A stretch of DNA of 64,000 nt. It comes from Octopus sinensis (taxonomy: Eukaryota). The position numbers were made by a program, and so were the translations under genes. Position 1 is the first letter of the stretch. Each line of letters opens with the position of its first letter. Of this stretch, positions 61,890 through 64,000 are shown in pieces. The notes under the pieces were generated by a model that made no database searches, had not been told where the DNA came from, and worked only from the letters and a program-made list of their open reading frames with translations. The stretch spans positions 60,884,001 to 60,948,000 of the forward strand of contig NC_043010.1 of NCBI RefSeq assembly GCF_006345805.1, written 5' to 3'.

Positions 61890-62442
61890 GTTATGTACAG
61901 GGTGGTGTTCATGTAAAGAGTTCAGGCCACTTGTGGTCAAGGGAGACTTTGAACCAAGTGGTCGTCGGCATCTTATTCCACGGATCCGCAACCCGGACGG
62001 AGAAAGCCCCTCTCCTTCGATTGAGATGAAATCATCGCAGATAGAGCTTTTCGGAGTGACCCCACAGCCGACGCTCTGGAGCAGGAGTGAAGAACAGCTC
62101 CTTCGAGAGGTTACACTTTCCGCTTATGATGTTGTGAGCAAGAATGAGATCACCACGGCAGCGGCGTTTTTCTAGAGAATAAAGGTTGAGCGTCTTCAGC
62201 CTTTCTTCATAAGACAAATTCTTGAGACCAAGAACCATGCAGGTAGCCAGCTTCTGGACTCTTTCGAGATGCTGTATGTCTTTGAGGAGATAAGGAGAAG
62301 AGGCTTGAATCCCGTACTCCAATATGGGTCTCACCAGCATGACATAGAGCGGTAGGAATATGGCTGCTGCGGGCATTCCGAATGACCGTCGAATCAAAAA
62401 CAGAACTCCGCATGCTTTTTTGGCAGCATGGACGCACTGTAT
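61890..62442 (-). mobile_element. CR1-clade LINE ORF2 C-terminal fragment
   Basis: LYVMLVRPILEYGIQASSPYLLKDIQHLERVQKLAT...LSYEERLKTLNLYSLEKRRCRGDLI, then an FS.RV..PWN-like end. Confidence 0.88.
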
Positions 62443-62459
62443 ATATGTATGTAGATAGG

Positions 62460-62790
62460 GTAAAGGGTAAAAACCCCTTTTGGTCATGAATGACCATGGG
62501 GTTGCACCTGGAAAGTCACCCTCCGAGGCACAAGTCCGGGCAAGGTTGTTTTTATGGAAGACCAGCAGTCACCCATGCATACCAGCCTCCCCTCTCCGCA
62601 CCATTGATGTTATCCAAGGGAAAGGCAAAGGGGCCCCTGATACATCTTGGCACCTGTGACATCACAACTCATTTCTACAGCTGAGTGAACTGGAGCAACG
62701 TGAAATAAAGTGTCTTGCTCAAGAACATAACACACAGCCCAGTCCAAACTACCTCATGATTGTAAGCCCGACACTAACCACTGAGCCATG
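62460..62790 (-). mobile_element. SINE family D
   Basis: Minus strand CATGGCTCAGTGGTTAGTGTC...CTTGAGCAAGACACTT...CTCCAGTTCACTCAGCTG. Confidence 0.65.
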
Positions 62791-62799
62791 TGCTTTCAT

Positions 62800-62833
<34 letters not shown>

Positions 62834-63143
62834 TATATAGGTGTGAGTGTGTGTATATATATCATCATCACTTAACAGCCATATTCTATGCTGGCATGGG
62901 TTGGACATATAAGCATATACTTACACACACACACACTTTCTACACAACCTACATTTCCATCAATCTGCGTGTTTGTATCTTATAATTCAAGTAAACCATT
63001 CAGTAGTTAAAACACTTTGTGTCCTTTATTCCACCAAGATATCTCAGACCTTAGACGAGTATATCATCTCCCCCATGTCTGTATATCAAAACACCATGAG
63101 ACATTAATTGTTGGGGTGCAATTTACCTACACAGTAAGGGATG

Positions 63144-63182
<39 letters not shown>

Positions 63183-63440
63183 TACACACACTCATAGACA
63201 TTCACACATACATACAAACACGTTTGCATGCATATATTTACGTATGCGTGTGTATATGTATAAATAGATGCATGGACGGAAGTATGTGTATACATAAATC
63301 GGCCAAACACATATTAAGATCTAGGCAGATGCACACGGATTTATTTGCACGCACACGCTCAAACGCATATCTATCAATCTATCTATCTACCTGTCTGTCT
63401 ATCTATCTATCTATATCTATATACATATATATGATACACT

Positions 63441-63441
63441 T

Positions 63442-63531
<90 letters not shown>

Positions 63532-63545
63532 TAGATAGATATGAT
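63441..63545. repeat. (GATA)n/(GACA)n microsatellite
   Basis: Direct reading of the sequence. Confidence 0.95.
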
Positions 63546-63739
63546 AGATCGATAGCCACTACATACAGTTTTTTCTCTCCTTGTTTTTTCTGTGTCCCTT
63601 TCTGTAGAAGAGCGTAGGCTCGAAACGTAAAAGACTTTTTCTATTCCTGAGCGTTATACTAATACATCTGTTTGTTTTGTACAACACCTGTCTTCGTCTT
63701 TTGTTGTTTTTTTTTTCGTAAACTCTCCCTAGATAGATA

Positions 63740-63782
<43 letters not shown>

Positions 63783-64000
63783 AGAGACAGAGACAGAGGT
63801 GGGGAGATGGAGAAAAACAGAGTTACGATTCAAAAACCTCCAGTTGCAATTTACAAATTCTACTTTATGCAACGAGTTCTTTCTATCGTTTGTAAACACG
63901 AACGTTCATGAATTCTAAATTCCATAAAGACACACATATACATACATATTTATCCATCCATCCATCCACCTATCTATCTATCTATCTATCTATCTACACA

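Overview
Eukaryotic, AT-rich, repeat-dense genomic DNA. It is most likely from a coleoid cephalopod such as Octopus; this is inferred from the protocadherin type, the C2H2 zinc-finger style and the repeat content. Three host genes are supported by open frames and phase-compatible GT-AG splice sites. These are a three-exon, 6-EC protocadherin (+, 5334-11804, about 926 aa), an ankyrin-repeat Fem-1-like protein with a C-terminal BC/VHL-box-like motif (-, 29269-30900), and a two-exon C2H2 zinc-finger gene (-, 55736-58774, about 510 aa). Most of the rest is tRNA-derived SINEs, RTE and CR1 LINE remnants, piggyBac, hAT and mariner relics, a non-autonomous Helitron, foldback elements and microsatellites. 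The least explained block is 14290-16582. It holds an intact, intronless 247-aa ORF with a short coiled-coil repeat and a death-domain-like C-terminus, directly preceded on the same strand by about 11.5 near-identical 134-bp tandem units. Each consensus unit carries a splice-acceptor-like site and a 46-aa basic/hydrophobic mini-ORF, and the block abuts a decayed Gypsy integrase end. A Penelope-type hammerhead ribozyme-like motif lies in protocadherin intron 2. There is no CRISPR array, rRNA or intact tRNA gene. Most short ORFs in the supplied track are microsatellite or SINE artefacts. All family assignments are from visual motif recognition, not database searches.
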